DNA of 51,959 bases, the filler included, from Sphacelaria rigidula (Eukaryota), in assembly GCA_964200075.2 (NCBI GenBank). It is 2 parts of 2 records of this genome, joined end to end, with 100 filler letters (N's around TTAATTAATTAA, not from the genome) between each part and the next. Parts side by side here need not be neighbours in the genome. Positions count along the whole stretch, not along the records: positions 1 to 25,936 come from CAXNAA020000153.1; 1 more part is not named here. The stretch is one strand, 5' to 3'. This document shows positions 14,401-25,936 of this stretch, one piece after another. A model generated the notes under the pieces. That model was not told where the DNA came from and searched no databases. It saw nothing but the letters and a program-made list of their open reading frames with translations. The first letter of the stretch is position 1; every line of letters starts with the position of its first letter. The position numbers and the translations under genes were made by a program.

Positions 14401-17400
14401 CGCTGAGGCCCCAGAGGTTTTTCAAAAGCCACTTCGCCGCAGCTTTTTCTGTGACCACCTGTGTCGCTATACTCGTACGTTCCGTGTCTTGGTGCCATGC
14501 TTGTGTAGTTGGTCGTTGCTGTACTCCGGCGTTGGTATCGGTTGGTAGCAAAAAGTGTTTCTGCGCTCTGGGCACTGTCTTCGTTGAGTCCTGTGTAATA
14601 TACCTTAGCAGACAGACTTCTTACAGGAACATGATTGTCCGCACTTTTGGTTGGAGCACCGGCAGCGAGCTAGAGTTTCGAGGCGTTTCCATCCAGAAGA
14701 CGAACTCACCTGGCCCCCGTGGCGTGCCACATCCCAGGACATACCTACACAACAGGATCACACACTGATTGCCATCAGTACTTGATTCACTCTGAACTGG
14801 CACCGCCGACTTTTCTCCGGGTTGCTTCGAATCACTGACGTATAGCTCCTACCATGTGACGAGGGAGTCGTGACAACTTATCCGCACCGGACGTGCCACT
14901 TAATCCTGTCATCGTTCTTGCCGTTGTGCGTGTAGCTGAACCGGTTGGGACCATACTGAACTGTCTCACTTGCTACTACACTTCACCTCATTGATTCGAC
15001 TGATTGATTATCTCACATTAGCTGATTGCAACAATCAAGCCCGTGGTCAGGAGCAGCAACAAAAGCACTCCACCTAATATGCATAATGCGTTGTGTAAGA
15101 CGCCTCATCCCATGCCTTACATCAGCATATGACTCTGCACACTCCTCCAGGATCGCATGCTGGTCACGTAAGAGCTCGTACGCCCAGTCTCGGCGTGCTC
15201 GTATGAGGTCAATAAAACATACAGTACTCTTCAGTTGCCCCCGAAGCCGCTTGGTGACGACGTCAGTCAATTGCTCGGTTGTGGGTACGTACTCCAGGCT
15301 AAATGGCTTCTTCTTTTCGTGTTCGTGTGTACACTTGGGCATCGTACCCACGCGTTCCGTACCCTCCGCTGAAGCCGCCAATGGTCGCGGCCTGGGTCGC
15401 ACCGTGATTGTCGCATACCCACGGTGTTGCGTCCTGTGGCAGCCCCAGCTCTCCCAGGGTGCCGCGGATATGTAGGCCGTGTCTCATGCCGTGCCCAGTC
15501 ACTATTCCATGCCGCGTCAGAACTTGACAATGAGACTGAACCTTGCAGTCTGGACCTCCAGGCGATGGGCGCTTTGTTTAGGATGTGCAGATGATCTGAT
15601 AGGCTCCTGCGCACTTCGGTATCATCGCCCAATGGGAATTCGAGGGGCTCGTGATGACTTGTTATCTGTCGTTGATATCGCCAGCGCCTTTTCCGTAGCG
15701 CAGGCATACGGCAAGTGTTGTGGCGACGTTGCGAAGAGCATGTTGCAGTCGTCGTCAGTGTCGCTCGGAGCAAGTGCTGGCGACCCGACGCTAGAACACT
15801 GTTGAAGAGATGGGGTCTCGTCGTGCTCACGACGATCATATGCTTCTTCCCGAGAACTGTCGCGTGAGGAAAATATGATGTGTTCAACTTCTCTTCGTGT
15901 GTCCTCACGAGGCGGAAGATCTATGCCCGGGTCGAGAGGCTTACTGGTTTTGTGTATGTCGGTCGAATCCACCCTTTCCGCGCGTGATGTTCAGATGTTC
16001 CGTCGTTGGTACAGGGTAAAATCGTCATTTTCCACTTTAGTATGATCACCAAGGAGTCTTGTCCGGCGCACCCAGGTCTCGTCCCTCTAGTTCTTCAGCA
16101 GCAGTGCGCCCATGTGCTGGGTGTTGTTGTCGTCGCTGCCAGTGAAGAACGTGTCGTCAGTTCAAGTCACGAGAACCACGACGCGCCCGTCACTGTCGAG
16201 GGACATGCACATCCACTGTAGCTGCAGACGCTCCACCCGCCCGCGAGGATGGTCTCCCTCAGCTCCTTGAGCCGTCCAAGCACACGTTGTAGGCTGTATA
16301 TGGTGTTGTTAGCCTTGGTCACTGTGTGTTTCTGTAGCTCCAGCCACACATGTTGTGGGAACGGTGCGTTAAAGTAAAACCTAGGTGATGTCCGGCATCC
16401 CCATGTCCAATCCCTACAGGTAGCCATCGCAGAAGGATACGGGTGGCGTCGAAGCCCACAAAACGAGAGTGAGAAGGTAGTGGCTTGTCAACCCACCTTG
16501 GGTGAATCTCGGAGCCACGAGGCGCATCTTGTATCTCTTCCCTGTGGGGCCTGCTGTGTTTCTGGTCTTGTAATCGTACCTTTTTTCGATCGGCTAGTCG
16601 TGGCGTAGGAGCGCCTCGTCTAAGTTTCTCTGATCGAAAGTCTCGCATTTCTCCGTCTTGGGATCCTTTCCATTGTTCGGCGTCGGTTGCTTGCGTTGCC
16701 CCCGTCATGTTCGGGGGTTGATCTTTTCCCCCCATTTCGGTCGGTCTCACCGATGTCTTACGCTCCCCGGCCACATCCTCAGGCCTCAAGCCCCAAGAGA
16801 TCGGAGAAATGACTCGAAAACCTCATCACGCAGATGTTGGTGACCTGGGATTTGCGTCGAGGAACCATGTGTGAAATCCCGCCTCCTAGCTCTCCAAAAC
16901 GTTGTGAGGTTTCGAGAAAACGTGCCAGCGTTTGGAAAATCTATGTTTCCGACGATTTTTGCCTACTTACAACCCCAAGAAACCGGTGAAGTGTGCCGAA
17001 ACTCACACCACCCGGAGAATAGCAATTTGGTCTCGCCTTCAGGAACACGAGCGTGAAATTTCGTCTTGTAACCCTCAAAACGGGAGTGAAGTTTGGCACG
17101 AAAACGAAATATTTCCGGGAATCTGGAGTATCCGGCCTCTTCCGGCGGCTCATGACCTGAAGAGATCGATGAAGCCCAACGATATTACGACCAGTCAAAC
17201 ACCGGTGACCTCGTGCTTGCCTTCGAGGACACGTGCGTGAAGTTTCGTATAGTAACCAGTAGAATCGTCGGAAGGTTTTGAGTCATTGTGAAGTCGACGA
17301 TATGCGGCGTATAATGGCCGGGACCGTAAGAACCCGGTGAAACCGGCCGGAACTCCACTCTACCAAATTCAGGCGACCTCGGGCTTACCTCTAGCAACCC

Positions 17401-20299
17401 AAGTGTAAAATTTCGTCTCCAAACGTTTAAAAATTGCATGAAGGTTAGGGCGAACGAGAAGGTATTCCGAGAACGTGCAGCATACAAAGGTCGGGGACCC
17501 CAAGAAAACCGGTTCAACCAAGCGAAAAGAGTGACACCCAGGCACCGAAGTCCAAGACATTTATACGAGAACATCGTCACATTATTTTGTATTCTAACTC
17601 GTTCAAATAGTCTCGGAAATCGAGCGAACGGAAGAATATGCTAAAATTGCAGGGTATATATCGGGGGGGTGTCGTCCTCCTAGGCTGTAAGCAGTACTAT
17701 GGATGGCTGAACCTCTCTTATCTCATTTCAGCGTGTCTTTCCAACCTTTTGAAAGGCCACGAATCTCGCTCCGACCTGACCGTGGCTGTGTGCTAGATGC
17801 ACAAGGTTGTTCGCTGTGAAAATCAAGGGCAAAAATATGCGGCGCATCTTCGAGAATACCCCAAAACAACGGCTTAGTTAGTTTTCGGGGGTTCACCCAA
17901 ACCAAATCCCTTACAGTGTGAGACACCGTTTTGTGCGTGCCCCTTGCGCCCCATCACGGGTCGACACTGCAATAGAGGGCACATTGCGTTTCCCCCTACA
18001 TACTGGGGAGTATGTAGATAATTGTTTGTCTCCGTCTACTCTATTTCTACGGACAAATCGTATGCCAACGAAAACTCAGGGTTCTTTCCTTAATCAATCT
18101 GTATCTTGAGAGCACGACTGAATGCGTAGCAGATCATCTAGTTCATGTGCGACAACAAGTCAACAAAACAAGCGATTGATTACACATTCAAATGACCAAA
18201 TACCTACTGAGCGTGCGCTCTAGTATTACACCCCTTCCTACGTACCCCATAATCCTCTCTTCCACAAAACTACATGTGTTCCGAACGCACGACCTCCTCG
18301 CGGCACAGAGCATCGACCCTGACACGGCGGTAACAACACCGGCTCTCTGCGCTGATCTAGCTACAAAGCGGTGTATCCCGACGAGTCCCTCATGATCAAT
18401 AACTACTCTTCACATTCATTTCCTGAAAATGGTGCGGATCTCACTCTGACCACTTGTTATCTAACAGCAGCCCCCCCTCCATTGACGTTATTTTCGCTCT
18501 TTGAGACTTAGATGCGACTTCATTCAAGAAGCACTTTTTTGTGGATGTTCCCTCCAAGCTATTGAGATGATCTGCTACGTCCGTACATGGAGGCGGCGCA
18601 CAGGAAATTACTAGATCGTCGGGTTCGATTTTGCCAATACCCGTAACTACCAATGAGTCATACTACGATAGGGGGTGTTCTGGGCCATGTTCTCCACGAG
18701 ATCCCATTTCAAATCGTCGTTGAAAAGCGACCACAAGTGTTCGAGCGCGCTTGTTACCGATGAAGAACGCCCATTCATACTGACTGACACCGTTTCAACC
18801 CATTTTCAAGCGCACCGCGAGTGTGTAAGATCGTCTGACATGACCGTGAGCCCTTTATTTCGTGGAAGCAAACACCCCCCCTCCCTATCGCAGCATAGCT
18901 CCAGTTCATTTTCGTCCTCGCTACAAACTGAGCCGGCCAAGAAGGCGGGGATTCGCAAATATGGCAAGCCGAAGCTCACTTCTTAGACTTCAGACCTGAA
19001 ATTTTTCACGCGTGATTTGCAAGGAACCCGCCGACATATTCGTCGTCATCGCAAGGTTGTAATTTCGTCGAAATTCCAACTCAATGTCAATGTTGGATAT
19101 AGTTGGGACGGATATAAATTGGGGCATCACTCGACGAAAAGGAAAGTTGGGGTGATGACGAATGTTTCAGTGCGTTCCGTGTAAATCATGTGTGACAATT
19201 TCAGGTTGCAACCCTGATACACGAGCTTCGCCTGGACATGTTTGCAGATATTAGCACCGAGATCGCTCCGCACAAGAGCTTTTTCTTACAACTAATTGAA
19301 GATATATCATGTTTGGGTGATAACTTTCGAACGACGATGAATCATTGCATGAGATTTTCACTGTTTTTTTTGTCGCCTCCGGATTTGACACGCTTCGAAC
19401 GTCTGTGCTAACTCGGAGCAGTTTTTATTGTTTTTTTTTTAATACAGAATTCACAGAATAGTCATTCAGGGAAACCTGATGAAGAAGAAGTGCAAACACG
19501 GAGGGGGTGACTCTTACGACACCAATTCGGCGAATTCCAACACGGGATGGCTGTGCGTGACCGCCTTAACTAGTCCATTTCAACGGTGTGCCCAGCTTAA
19601 TCGGACTAGGTGCTGTTTGAACGATTAGCAGTATGGCACAACATGGTTTTCTTGGTCAGACAGGCTTTTGGACGTATTGCTGCCGATATATTTCCTCTGC
19701 CGTCTGCTGTGGCGAAGTTCTCCTGAATGCCTAACACTACAGATGTGACGCTTGCGTTTAAGGTGTACTCTTCACACAACACCTACCCCTCTACAGACGT
19801 CACAACAGGGCGTGCGCTGCTAGAGACACACGCGCATAAGGTTGAGGTTGCGTACAATAAACTCACGCGGTTGAATGCTGGGTTGTTGGCCCTATTTTTT
19901 TGCCGATTTGGCGGTGCAGCAGCAAACGGACACAAAATCCACGGGGTTTGGGTGCGCAGAGCTGAAAACACCGGCAAGAAATCCAAACGGCAACCAATCG
20001 GGAAGCAAGCACCATGTATGGTACATCAATGCTGTTGAATTGGGTACTAGCTCCATTGCTGCTATAATAGTGTTCTCCCGTCTCGTTCAACCGAATGATT
20101 CTTTCAAAAACAAATTCGGAACTCCATATTTTTTCATGCAGTACCCTCAAGGAAGTGAGGATAAAGCACCCCATCCTCCTGCCCCGCCCCTCGCATACGC
20201 ATCGCTCTCCAGGAGGACCCCCCGCAAGATTATTGGCGTTCCGCCACAGCTGGTCCGATGAACTTGAAGTTGCGACTCAGCAAGAGGAAGACTGCTTGA
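2496..20299 (+). CDS. Cytochrome P450 monooxygenase, 12 identified exons, 489 aa, N-terminal exon(s) not identified
   Basis: Exons 2496-2648, 4722-4868, 5722-5797, 6194-6344, 6531-6612, 6949-7142, 10290-10412, 10749-10863, 11303-11424, 13604-13745, 14291-14368, 20213-20299. All have AG/GT boundaries with compatible phases and join into one open frame of 1470 nt ending in TGA. Motifs in order: HQQFEEWADEFG...VDPAESRRILARRPSGFGR, C-helix EWGRSRRLIAPHFS, E-helix THDVIALVGF, I-helix AGQETT, K-helix ETMR, EFVPARW, heme-binding PFGGGPRICPG, then GMANLEGLVLLAALCIQFDFTLAP and the C-terminus TAGPMNLKLRLSKRKTA*. Confidence 0.9.
7183..9730 (-). mobile_element. Decayed Ty1/Copia LTR retrotransposon (gag-protease-GAG pre-integrase-integrase N-part), in a P450 intron
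   Basis: Minus-strand fragments: protease ILCDSGANAHMT (ORF 7891-8490) and zinc/integrase CSVCEECKS...PGDAVHSDLEG...KYVQVFVDQASR (ORF 7456-7764), plus frameshifted gag-like fragments at 8650-9220. Flanked by related same-orientation repeats at ~7183-7445 and ~9540-9730. A PBS-like TTATGGAGCC lies at ~9210-9220. Confidence 0.8.
12786..12867 (+). mobile_element. tRNA-like head of a second SINE family
   Basis: CGCCGCGTCTCGATGGGGTCGATGGTA...GGTTCGATTCC (B box at 12846-12856). A related copy lies on the minus strand at 26592-26685. Confidence 0.55.
14602..16700 (-). mobile_element. Decayed Ty1/Copia LTR retrotransposon (RT-RNase H plus 3' LTR), in the last P450 intron
   Basis: Minus-strand remnants: YFNAP..., IYSLQ (YGLKQ-like), VVLVT*TDDTFFTG (YVDD-like), RDLGAPDK, APIAWRSRLQGSVSLSSSDA, CDNHGATQAA, LEYVPTTEQLTDVVTKRL. 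An LTR-like segment at 14602-14875 begins TGTCACG on the minus strand and is homologous to 7183-7445. Confidence 0.82.
16800..17480. repeat. Degenerate tandem array, about 4 units of ~170-185 bp
   Basis: A recurring block GGTGACCT...CC(T)TC.AGGA.CAC..G(C/T)GTGAAATTTCGTC occurs at ~16840, 17020, 17203 and 17372. Confidence 0.6.
18950..19252. repeat. Long imperfect inverted repeat (arms ~120 bp, loop ~58 bp)
   Basis: 18950-19072 aligns to the reverse complement of 19130-19252 (GCAAA.ATG..CA.GC.GAAGCTC; ACCTGAAATT.TCAC.C.TGATTT; ATTCGTC.TCA; TTTCGTCGA). Confidence 0.75.
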
Positions 20300-21977
20300 T
20301 ACTCGGCAGAGGGAACAGCTTGTGATGACGAGTTTCTTCCGCTTGGGCCACCGTACAAAGTGTTATCTCCTGGGTTGGTCTTTGCGTGTGTGCGTTGCCG
20401 AGCTGTCGCCACAATTGTGCAAGTATAAGCACATCTCTGGGTGGGTAACGTTTTGCGCCTTCCGACGACCCCGTAGAAGGAGTTGTCTTAGGTATTCCCG
20501 CTCGAGTTGCAGTTGCGTGTCTGTGTAGGGTGCTCGTGCGTTCCAGTATTTTGTCCCCTTCAGCTCACATTGCTGTTGACCCACACATTGCTCCGGGGGG
20601 GGGGAAGGGGGGGGGGGGGGGGGGAGTACTCGTCGCTTTTCAGTCCTATAAGGATTGCATTCGGGCGTTTGGTCCGTGGTGCATCTATATTTTACGTTTC
20701 GTGCGTGTCTAAATTAGGTTGCTCTGTTTTGTTTCGATTTGTTCTTCATCTTTCATTCTTATAGACTTGTAGTCGAATCCTGCCATCATTTGGCTCTTTT
20801 TGCGTCGTTTTGCCTTGCCTAGCCGCTCCTTGCATTGTCTGGCCTTACCTGGCACTACGCTGACTTGTTCGGTCTGCCGATCTGTGTTCTACCTTTTAGC
20901 CTCTTGTCGCCTCCGTACCATAAAACAGACGATGTTTTTTTTTTTCAGTTGGGCTTTCGAGCTTCACGTATGTATGTCGTGTATTTTTACTTGTTTGCGG
21001 ACGTAGTTGTAGAGCCACGCCCTGCGCGGCGCCGTGTATTTATGTTCGTGGGCGTATTGACTTTTGTTTCCCTTGTATTACGTTTGTTTTTGCCACGGCT
21101 TTGTCCCGATGGGCGCTAGATACTAGAGAAGATCTGATGTGAGAAGCAACATCAATACCAACAAGCAAGCGACAAGCAACACCGATGCTGTGATTTGCCC
21201 AATACCCTGCTGAACCTCAACGAAACTGCTTTCGATTTTCGAATCCTTGCGAAGATTCCAACAGTTGACTATAATTCAAGAGTTTACTCCGTTTCTCATG
21301 GGACAAAAAAACATCTAAAAGAATAAGTCACTGCTGAGTGTTTTTTGCCGTGGAGATGCGGAAGAATCACTTCTTGTTATCAATTCTGCACGTGGTGGGC
21401 GCACGGGATATTTGGATATTGAGCGGTGGGTTTACGGAGGTTAGTTTACCACTAGGTACGTATGGAAATTTCCCGGAAATTTATCATATCGAATCACTCT
21501 AAGCGTAGCCCTGACCCTCAACCTCACCTCGACGAAGGCATACCGAGAACCCTCAAGCAGGGGGGGTGCAAAGCGCTCCCTAGGCAAAGTGGGCGTCGTC
21601 AGGCCTCAAACCGGCGCCTGCAGCGTCGATTTGGACGAAAATATGTTCTGCGCACGCCAGGAGCACAGCCCCATTGAAGATCTGAATTTCGGTGTCGACA
21701 TTAAGACGGGAGTCAGAAATTTCCGTCCCTACCAAGTGATGAACTCTACTGGATTTATGCATGGCTGCCCCCCCGAAAAATGCCAGTCAGAAAACTGCGG
21801 GGACGAAATACCCATAATGTTTTCTCTCTCGGGTGAAACTAGGTATTTACCCGACCTGGCAGCCCTTTGGTCGAGGCTTTCCTTAGAATATCTACTACAT
21901 GATGAGCACTTTTTCTTCGTGATTCAGGTGATTCATTTATATACATCTGTGACAAAACAGGCGCCAACGCTTGGCGC

Positions 21978-22260
21978 GTGGGTTAGGTGGGGTGGAGAGT
22001 GGAGCACATGGGTGCTTGGGTTTGGGTTGGTGGGTGAGGGAATCGGGTGGATGGGTATGGGTTGGTTGGTTGGGTTGGTGGGTTGGGTCGTACATTGGTG
22101 GGTTGAGCGGGTGTGTGGTTAGGCTTGGTTGGTTTGGGTGAGTGGGTCGGTTGTATTGGTGGGTCGGTGCCCTCCGATTCAATTGTATACATATAAGTAC
22201 AACTTTTGTCAGGTTGGGGTGATCAGGTTGGTTGGCTGGGTTGTTGGATCGGGTGACTTG
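21978..22260. repeat. G/T-rich low-complexity tract (GGTT/GGGT units)
   Basis: Direct reading; strong G+T strand skew. Confidence 0.85.
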
Positions 22261-23013
22261 TGTTACGGTTCAACGATATTTTCATTCGTGTAACCGTTCA
22301 GTACATGTTTGTCCTTTCTATTGAGTATTATAATAAGATCCTCGATATATTGAAGTGGATCATGTGCCGACACGGTTGCAGCAGGATACTGTAGCTAAGC
22401 AACTCTTACAGGATACGTAGATTGCAGCATATCTAGTATAAAAGCTGACGCAACTGCATGTCAAGTCATAAGTTGGATCAGATTATACAATCTGACTTGA
22501 CGTACGTCCAGTGACACAAAATTGTATTGTATCTCACGAGAAATGGCGGCTCGGGCTGACGGTCCTCACCTCCCCGTCGCTCCTCACTTTCCAACAGTTC
22601 CCTGATTTCAGAAGCGACTGCGTTTTATACTGTCTTGGCCAAGTAAGCGCCCATGAACACCATTTTCACATATTTATTTTACTGCAGAAGCAAGTAGATC
22701 TCGCAGCCACTGTGCATCTTCTGCAATCCTACACTGAGATAAGAGATCTCGTGGCAGTATACTACACAACACGAGCCTCCCGACAGGTGTACGGGTGGGT
22801 CTGTGCCCGCCGATTTGAGCATACTGCTTTGTAGGGTTGGGTTGGCTGGATTACGGCGGGGTTGGATCGGTTATATCGTGTACTGCGAATTTGTTCACCA
22901 AGCACTATGTGGCCCGCAGTGCCGTCGCCCACCTATTTTGAACTGCGTTTAGCATCCTGATGCACGCATCCCGCGTTGAGCAGAAAGCGCCCGCCAGCGA
23001 ATTGGTAGCCCCT

Positions 23014-23014
23014 C

Positions 23015-23048
<34 letters not shown>

Positions 23049-23105
23049 CATTGTTGTTGTTGTTGTTGATGATGATGATGACGATGATGCTGTCGTTGTC
23101 GTCAT
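23014..23105. repeat. Compound (GTT)n/(GAT)n microsatellite
   Basis: Direct reading of the sequence. Confidence 0.95.
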
Positions 23106-24456
23106 TGTTTTTGTTGATTTGTCTACTACGCCGTTGTCGTCGTCGCAACGACTCACTTGCCACCGCTAATCACAGTGAATGTTGGATGCCAAAAAATGGG
23201 CATCTTGAGATATTTTAATCCTCCTGACAAATATTGAGAGAAAAAAATTACGGGCTTGACCGATCTTCGGGGGTCCTGCAAAAGTGCAACCCCAGGTTTA
23301 TAGCTTTTCGGTATTTTCGCTTAGCCAACTCGATCCCGATCATGTAGGTGAAGACTCAAAATTATATCTGGCATGTGTCAGGGAAGACATCGGTCGATCG
23401 TTGAGACTGCGGAGTCGCCCTGGGGAAGGGGAGGGGTTCAAGGACAGGCAGAACGGAAAAAGGTCATGTCTGATCGAAATTGTGTATGGTACAGTATTTA
23501 TCTTCTAGTGAAATGTATGTACTTTCCAATTTTTGCTTATACAACAGTACAGTACTGTACTGAAGTTCTCCTGTGTTCAAATACTGCATATGGAGGTTGG
23601 GTATTTTCCGTCCATGCCTTTCATCGAAGGTTACTACCCGGGTGCTCATGAAGACACATTAATCATTTCTCTCGGTGATATTCGGATAGAAAAGGCTTGC
23701 AGGTCATCTTACAACTATCTTCATGTGGTCTCAGTTGGGAACCAAATGACATTATTTTTCGGCTTTTGAAAATATACACACACAACGAAGGAACTCGAAA
23801 GCGCTCGGAGTCAAAGCCATGAAGTCATGGGCAATAATGCTGTTTCGTGTTTCAGACCGTAATGCCATTTACCACACAGCATGGAGAATATGATCACAAG
23901 TGTTCGTTGAGGACTCCTCACCTTTGAACATTGGCGACACCTTGAGGTGACTCTGCACCTTTCCTGAGCAGGAGGTCTCGGGTTGATCATATGTAGTTTC
24001 AGACACGCTGCTGTATCGTTATTTTTGAAATTTAAGCAACAAGAAGGCGAAGGGGCTCGCGTCCAAGAAGGGGGGGGCGACGCGGTTACCACAACATGGA
24101 AGGACAATGTTTCCACAAATAAATGTTCGTCGAGGACGCATCGCCTTTTCACAGCAGTAGCAGATGCGGGGCTTGCGTTCTCGTGAGACAGCAGAGTGTA
24201 ACGCATAAGAGTCGCGTAGGGGCTGCAACGATGCATGTCTCAGCACATTTATTTAATCGTTCTCCATTTGAAATAGCTGCTTTCTTTTTCTCCTCATCCC
24301 TTTCTCTGTCGTTGCCTCTGCGTATGACTGGTGCTACGGCAGGGGTGCACAGATATTTTCTGAGGTCAGAGTTGTTAGGAGCCCTTCATCTCATCCAAAG
24401 TACGGATAATTATGAAGTATGTGAGAGTACGCCAGGATTACTTTTCCAATGTGCTA

Positions 24457-25071
24457 CGAGCTGGGCCAGCCAACAATGGGTAGTTTTCTCGCTCAGGCGA
24501 CGCACGGCGCGATATTAGGAGTTGGACGCTGAAATTTTGACAGCAGCTTTTTATGATCGACATGCAGATTATCACGTGAGCAGCAAAGAAAAAAAAAGAG
24601 AAAAACAGGAAGGTTTGGGGAGTTGAAATTTCAGCAAAAACAAGATAATGTCATAAGTCCAGCAAAAAAATGAGAATCTGCAGCTACTCACGTGAGGTAT
24701 CATTTCCTTGGGTGCAGAAGGTCTACGTGATATTTTAGGTCAAGATTAATCGAATTGGGCCGTGCGTGCAACGTTTTGCGTGACGTTACTGCACCCCACT
24801 AATACCCAGTGCGGGGTGACTGCTGACGTCAACCCACCGCATAAAAAAAAGCACTCCGACACGCTATCGCCCAACGATATGAGGTGCACCCTGTACTCTT
24901 TGCAGTACAATAACTTCATCGGCAATACGACACCAATCTATCAGCGACGCATTCCTTTGTCATCAGGTGGGTCTGCAATTCCCAGTGATATGCTTACATC
25001 GGGTTCACTCGGGAAACTGGGAAAGCTTTGGTATGAGCAACTTTAAGCTGCTTTTAAGCTGGCCCAGCTCG
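24457..25071. mobile_element. Tc1/mariner-type MITE, 615 bp
   Basis: Perfect 14-bp TIR CGAGCTGGGCCAGC / GCTGGCCCAGCTCG flanked by TA on both sides. It interrupts a host element that is uninterrupted at 37861-38099. Confidence 0.85.
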
Positions 25072-25936
25072 TAGGGATATCCCGAATGAATTTTCAAACC
25101 GGGATGCCCTGACCCATATTTCTGTGAATCTAGAATCGTTAGAAGCCCCTGAACCCGATAAGAATTAGCTCAATAAGTACAACCTTACAGCAGTATTTCT
25201 CGTATGCATGTCGATATATTTCGTGTACCGTTGAATACTGTATTATTAGATAACAGAGGCATAAGGGGGAAAAAAGTAAAGGCACATGACCCCCTGGAGT
25301 GTAGAATTTGACGTAGGGGGGAGCGGGAAAGGGTGGGAAAGGGGGGTCCGCCAAGTACTCGAGTCTAGTGTCGTACCAGTATTCACTGGGTCTTAGTGTA
25401 CAACCAGACAAGTAGTTGACACTAGTTTGAGGTAAAACTTCCTTAACTTGAGAGTGAGCTCAACAAACTGCTTGGTTTTCGAAAGGCGTTCAAACTCCTC
25501 GATGTTAGTACAACGTTGGAAAAAACTTGCAAAATAAATCTCAACAACGCCCACAAAATAATTATTGACGAACAAAAAGATACAAACCATATCGGGTTCT
25601 TCGTCTGACCTAGGCACTAATATTAACATGGCTAACCGAGTGCAGGTGGAGCTCCAACCTCAGTCTGGGATGGCCACAGGGCCTTGAAGAATAGTATATG
25701 CAGTAACTGGCAATGCCACCAACTCAGTTGTTGACTTCAACACACATTCATTGGGCATGCTACAGTAATCACGTGCGTACCGTGTCGGAGCAACAACCAG
25801 TTCGCTTCAGCGTAGACTGTGTTTGCACAACAATCACGTATTCTGTTTCCGAACATCTGGGGGGTGTACCCATGATCATGCATGCCATCGTCATCAGAAG
25901 ACCATTGACCTCGCATCCCTACAATGCCGGGACGGA

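Noticed and set aside
18441..18653. DLVISCAPPPCTD as a C5 DNA methyltransferase motif IV, with a PWWP-like DLVWV at ~17910
   Set aside because: No FxGxG, ENV or RxR motifs are present, the domain order is wrong, and the similarity is too short to support a call.
21978..22260. Telomeric repeat
   Set aside because: Units are irregular GGTT/GGGT, not a tandem TTAGGG-type array.
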